From NCBI GenBank assembly GCA_051294375.1, contig CM119269.1, positions 12,618,790 through 12,682,789 on the forward strand: a stretch of DNA of 64,000 nt, in the 5' to 3' direction. The DNA is from Paraspadella gotoi. Lineage: Eukaryota > Animalia > Chaetognatha. Within the stretch, counting starts at the first letter, position 1; every line of letters starts with the position of its first letter. This document shows positions 58,256 to 64,000 of this stretch, piece after piece. The translations under genes were made by a program, and so were the position numbers. Under the pieces are notes generated by a model. It saw only the letters and a list, made by a program, of their open reading frames with translations. It did no database searches and was not told the DNA's origin.

Positions 58256-58890
58256 CTGTAGACAAAAACAATAATGGAAGATTAAGAATATTACGAGAAT
58301 TGGGAGATGTGGGAGGGGAAAGTAGTCTTATAGCAAAACCTTATGTAACATAATAATTTAATAACATATTATAAATAATCACAATTATTCACAATTATTC
58401 ACAATTATTCACAACTTTGATCAAATCTGGCCTTTTGTCTGCAATGTGAAGTGAAACGGACAGATGTCACTCCGGGAAAGAAAAACCGAGAAGCTACGAA
58501 ACAAAACAAACGAACAGCAGCGATTTACTTCGATTTACAATTACGACAATTTACGTGCCTAAAAACTCTGAAGTCAGCTACCAATTATATCTATTGTAAG
58601 AGATGATTATTTGATATGATCTTAAATGAGATTGAATCTCTCAATCTTATTTACATATTGCAGTATTGAATCTAATTGTGTCTAATTTCATTTTGGATTT
58701 TGGTATTAATTCTGTTTCATGGTTTTCTAGTAGCTAAATTATATGTCTTTTAGCAATGTTAATGATTAACATGAGTCATAGTAATATTTTTAACTAATTA
58801 ATTATGCGATAAACCTTTCGTTTTCGTGTTTGTTATGATTTAGAGAAAAACAAAGTTTTTAATTGTGTTACAACGAATTTAATTAGAGAT

Positions 58891-58931
58891 ACGGACATGT
58901 TTCGGCTCACATTTCGAGCCTTCATCAGCGT
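58891..58931 (-). ncRNA. Minimal type I hammerhead ribozyme
   Basis: Minus strand reads ACG-CUGAUGA-A-GGCUC-GAAAUGU-GAGCC-GAAAC-AU-GUC^CGU: full core, 5-bp stem II, palindromic ACAUGU stem III and 3-bp stem I. Confidence 0.8.
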
Positions 58932-59103
58932 TTGCCATAAGGAAAATATTTGTGCAAAAAGAAGGGTGTGAGAGAGAGGAGAGAGAGAGAGAGAGAGAGA
59001 GGTAAGGTTTCCAACAAAGTGGTGAGACAGAATAGTGGTCAGATGAGAGACAGGCTGAAGTTGAGGACAGATTGAGTGAGTTGTGAAAAGAAATGAAATT
59101 TGT

Positions 59104-59140
<37 letters not shown>

Positions 59141-59204
59141 CAACAGGGATACATTACAAACAATAGTATTTTGTTGTAATTACTTTATTTAATTTATCCC
59201 TGTT

Positions 59205-59240
<36 letters not shown>

Positions 59241-59349
59241 ACAAATTTCATTTCTTTTCACAACTCACTCAATCTGTCTCAACTTCAGCCTGTTCTCTCA
59301 TCTGACCACTATTCTGTCTCACCACTTTGTGTGGAAAACCTTTACTCTA

Positions 59350-59380
<31 letters not shown>

Positions 59381-59418
59381 ACACCTCTTCTTTTGCACAA
59401 ATATTTTCCTTATGGCAA

Positions 59419-59458
59419 ACGCTGATGAAGGCTCGAAATGTGAGCCGAAACTGTCCGT
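59419..59458 (+). ncRNA. Second hammerhead copy, missing one base in stem III
   Basis: ACG-CTGATGA-A-GGCTC-GAAATGT-GAGCC-GAAAC-T-GTC-CGT. Confidence 0.65.
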
Positions 59459-62309
59459 ATCTCTGATTAAATTTGTTGAGAGATGCCGGTTGCTCATCTG
59501 TTTACCTTACTCATATCATGATTCGTTTTCTACATTTTGTCTACTGAAGTCTATCTGTGTGCTACTTTCTAGCTCTTTACCTTCACGTTTCACAGAGAGA
59601 CAGTCACTGAGAGACTATCAGCCGTCCCAAAACGGCTTTTTACGGGGACATGAGACATGTTGTAACTCAGTCACGTCTTGTCACCACTTGTAGCAGATCA
59701 TGAGTCTTTGTCACGTGGACAATAGACTTGTGGAGTCCCACACTTCGACCACAGGCACTTTCGATGGACTTGTGGACACAGACGGAGGCGGTGACAAAGG
59801 GGCTGCCACCTCACCGACAAAGGGTCTTGGCGTCACTCACGACGGCAACACCAAAGGGGCGCTGGATGCGGCCGCGCCCACTTCCGGCGACGAGGGAGTT
59901 GACGGCAGTCTCCCCCAGTAATGGCGCGACGGTCATAGGACGGAGATACGCCTGGCGAGGCGGGCTGACTACTAGTTCCTCGACAGTAAAAGGCCTTTCT
60001 TGTGTCTTCGTTCTTTGGGGTCTTTCATTCATGTGGAAAACGACGACCGTGGGGATGCGCGGCAAATCTCCTTCCTTCTCCCCGCGGAAAATTATTTAAG
60101 CGAAAGCCCGCGGCAACGATGCAAATTTCCTGCGACGTCCTGTTTTGCAGCCGCGGAGGTGCTTTGTCTTCGACGACGACTCGATGCATTAGATGATCCA
60201 ACCATGACTGTGGATGCGTCTTTCAGTTCTAGCATGTTGACGAACGGTGCGGGCGCTGATGAAGACAGCCTCTCTCCCTAGTGTATAGACTATTGCGGTT
60301 ATACCGACGACGATTTTTATTTAGGTTTTATTCGTTTTTTTAAATTGGTATTTTTTTTATTGATCTGATTTAATCTTTTTGTTTAGCTACGTATCGAAAC
60401 AATCTTTCAGCATGATTATTAATTCGCCCCGTTTCATATGTTTTAATTTTTGATAAGACAATGACTTCAGGTTTTTTTTAGGTTGAAACGTTTTTTTACG
60501 CTCGTTCATTACAGTTGATAAAATAGCTTCCTGTTTTATTAGCTCTGTCAACGTTTTACATATTTTTTTATGACATATAGTTACAGACGCGATATCGAAC
60601 AGACGATCGATTGTGTCCCTCGTTACGGGTTTTCACGTGGCAGCTTCTTCGAATGCTGACACGAACGACACACTGATGACGGGTTTTGTATTTTCTTTTT
60701 TTGACGACGACCGTCACTACGATTACGATGAAAACTACGTCCCTTGTCCGCGGTAGAGCCGGAGTACCGAGATACTCTTCCTGCGTTGACGAGGTCAAGG
60801 GAAGGCGAGCCCGGTGACTCTCTGACTTGATATCCACCGGAGAGGCGTGTGTCACGACCTTCTTATGGAGACGAGCGTGACCTCGGATGACTTGGTTGCT
60901 GCCGAGGCTAGCCTGCGATGTTCTGCCCGCAGCAAGAAGTTTGACATCCCTGGAGGTCCTTGATCGCCGACGGAGGGTGTGATAGCATGCCTAGACCGCG
61001 GTGACGAGCGGTGGGGGCGCCGGTAAGTTGCCTTAACCAACTTGGAACTGACAAGACGAACCACCATTTTTATGAGCAGTAATATATGTTTAGATTGAAT
61101 TTTTTGGTGTTTAAAGTTAAAGTAGTTTCACGTTTAACGTTTTGAATCAAATTTAGATTTTGCTTTCGTAAAAAAAAAATTATTATGTCTAGGTAATGTC
61201 TTTGGCAAGCTAATTCATTTTACATTGTTTTAGGTTTATGCTGCTTAGTGCTTACATTGCTTTTAAGGCTTACGATTTTCTAGATTGATTACATGTACGG
61301 ATTTGAATATTTTAATTATGAAACGATTTTATTCCATGTATTGTTTTGCTTATCACAATTGAATCTTTTTTTTACGGTCGGACGTCCGGCCTTGGAATTA
61401 AGCACTTGTTTAAAGTCAAAGTAAAGTTTTATTAACCTGAGCGACGTGATTAACCGCTCCACTTTTACATTATGATTTCGTTGAAATAATTTAATTTTAC
61501 GTCGTTAATAAGTCTGTAAATTTATTTATATTTTCTGTTTCATGTGTTACACGCAAGGAACCAGAGACGTGTCAATTCCGTTCCCCTTTTTCTCAACCCC
61601 CTTATATTCATTCCTTCGTTAATGTGTGTAACTTGTCTTGTTAAGTTAATCATGTATTGATTTAGTAACATTTTAATTTTCTGTGTACGTCACTGAAGAT
61701 CACGTTTCTGAAAGTCAAAGATTAATATGTTTTGGTAACAGTTACGTTTAGATTTTCCGGTTTTGTGTCTTTGAAATTAGACGATTTTTTGTCTCATCGT
61801 GATAGTCGGTTTCAACGTTTTAAAAATATTTTTGTCTGATGATCTTTGCTTAATTGAACCGAGATTTATTTTTAAGAAACTCAAGTACGAAATAATTGAT
61901 ACTTTCATAGAGAATGTTTATTTTATGATAGTAAGTTTATTTCATTTATCTCCGTATTTTTGTAAATGATTGTTTAATGTTTTTTGTAACAAAAAAAATT
62001 ATTTATGGTTTAGGTACTGACGTTTTCGGACGGGCTACTTAAAAATAGTTTACAAGGTTGCACATTTTCATTTTTCTCTCATTTTTGTTTATTTTCGTAA
62101 GTTTTACTATTTTCTCATTTCTCATTTTTCTTTTAACGTACGTTTAAACATTAACTTTGTCTATTCAACTAAGACAAATCATCATTGTTCAAGTCATTGT
62201 CTAATCCTCCTTAACATCTTCAAAAACACGGATGAGAACAGGGCTCGTAATTCAACCAGAGCGGAGTGGCCTCGTATTGCTAGATCACTTCGCTTTGATC
62301 CTTCGTTAA

Positions 62310-63298
62310 AAAATTAATAGGAATAATACAATTTAAAAACGAATAAAACTAAGGAATAAGAGCGTCGGGGGGAGTGATCTGAAGAGAATGTCCCATAACT
62401 GGGAGGAGGTGGGTGGTCTTTCAGAGTCGCTTGCCACCTTAGCCTTTCGAATGGAGCAGTCTAAGAAACGACGCATCGAAACTATATCCATGGTTGATTT
62501 CATCTAACATTATTTGAGCTCTGTCGAGAAAGGCTACGTCCGCGCAGCTGAAAAAAGATGACTATTCGAGCTGCCCATCCTGTTGCCGTGCGGTCTGCTT
62601 AGCTACTTAATATCTAATTTTCCCGGGGGACAAGTAAGAGTTTGCCGCGCATCCCCAGTGTCGTTCGTTTTCCTAACATGACATGAAACACCATTAACGA
62701 AGACACAACAGAAAGGTCCTTTTCATCTACTTATAGGATCGGGAAAAGACAGTAGTGTCAACAGCCTGCCTCGGCTCAGGCGTACTCCGTCCGAATGACC
62801 AGTGAGGCGACCATATTCTACTATCGTCAGGGCCGTCACAAAAGGGGTTCCTTTTGTGTAGACTTTCTCTTGTTACTCCATCGTCGCGCTTGTGTGTACA
62901 TGGCGGCGATCAGACACGCATCCGACCTGTTCGCTAATCTCTAGTCGAGCGGGGTTTGTGGTGCACTACTGGGTGAAGCAGATGTCCCATCGACGTCTTC
63001 GTTCACGTTGACAATGAGGACTCTGGTGTGGACGTCACCCTTTTGCGACCACAGCACTTTCGTGGACTTGTGGACAAGACCTTGACGAGCGGTTGATCAG
63101 AAGGTTGACACTTTGAAACGTGGCACTGGACGAAAAGGGTTGGGATGTGCGTCACTCACGACGGCAACACAAAGGGCGGCTGGATGCGGCCGCGCCACTT
63201 CCGGCGACGAGGGAGTTGACCGGCAGTCTCCCCCAGTAAGCGCGACGGGTATAGGAGCGGAGATACGCCTGGCGAGGCAGGCTGACTACTTAGTTCCT
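62310..63298. repeat. Noisy fold-back duplication of ~59705-60370
   Basis: 62310-62990 is an indel-rich reverse complement of ~60370-59720. 63000-63298 is a direct copy of ~59705-59980 (e.g. GCGGCCGCGCC..CTTCCGGCGACGAGGGAGTTGAC). Confidence 0.85.
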
Positions 63299-64000
63299 CT
63301 GCAAAATTCGTTGTAACACAATTAAAAACTTTGTTTTTCTCTAAACTAATTAATTAATAATAATACTTTAACATTTTATTAAGATTTGACTTGCTCATAT
63401 TTAGTGATTCCTTTATTTGTTCAGAAGTTAAATCATTATTCAGCTTTGGTTTTGGGGACGCACTCTCTTGTTAGAGTCCATTTCTCCTTATCAGAGCTCA
63501 ATCAGCATAAGATTAACATCTAAACAGTTAATCACTTATAGTGCTAAATTGTGTTCAATAAGGTCTAAGCACAATATAATAGAGATAAATAAATAGTGTT
63601 TAATTGTGTTTCCATTTCTCTACTTCAGGCAAAGCTAACTAGCTATACACATTAAAGACAGTTTATATAGTAAGCGAGCATTCTTCACCGATGCCAAGTC
63701 AAGTCAACATACCATCAAGTAAGATATTAATGAACACTGAACCTTTTGGTACCTATTTATATGCCTATCTTATCACAGGCAACAAACCCCCCTTATACTA
63801 TTGTTTACACTAAAACTATACAAAAGCCTTCATATTATAAAATGATATCGAATTTTGATATTCAACCCCTGAGAGGGTTTAAAAAGGCTGAAATTTTTTT
63901 TTCATTAATTATAAGTTTTTGGAAGCATTAGGTGCATTGATGTCTAAAACATATAAAAATCATTTTAGAAATATGGCGAACTGTCACGAATTATTCCAAA

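Larger units (their letters stand above)
58871..59478. mobile_element. ~280-bp inverted repeat (arms 58871-59151 and 59195-59478), resembling inverted pseudo-LTRs of a Penelope-like element
   Basis: Arms are reverse complements with scattered indels. Each carries a hammerhead motif followed by ATTAAA. Confidence 0.6.

Noticed and set aside
60255-61845. Other CTGANGA occurrences (60257, 60673, 61692, 61837; also 493, 15304)
   Set aside because: None is followed by stem II, GAAA and an NUH site in hammerhead geometry.

Overview
Animal genomic DNA from a compact, ciliated invertebrate (species not identifiable), with AT-rich introns, CpG-rich exons and many (GA)n/(CT)n microsatellites. Positions 1-19,000 hold no gene I can recognise: minisatellites, promoter-like islands, three 25-N gaps and a heavily frameshifted Ty3/Gypsy element. 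Positions 21,000-58,300 are gene-dense. The main result is a complete 12-exon Par-3/Bazooka gene (23040-31893) nested on the SAME strand inside a ~10-kb intron 2 of the ciliary gene MDH1B (21216-38895). A co-directional minus-strand run follows: CFAP74 (partial), CFAP141, ARMC3, CYB5D1 and a Na+/K+-ATPase beta subunit. At ~58.9-59.5 kb an inverted repeat carries two Penelope-type minimal hammerhead ribozymes. The last ~5 kb contains noisy fold-back duplications that are probably long-read artefacts. Other observations are the polarity of intronic microsatellites, frequent AAG acceptors, a GC-AG intron, a DR5 AGGTCA array and a CCA-ended tRNA-Lys fragment. All orthology calls come from manual translation and recalled protein sequences, not database searches.
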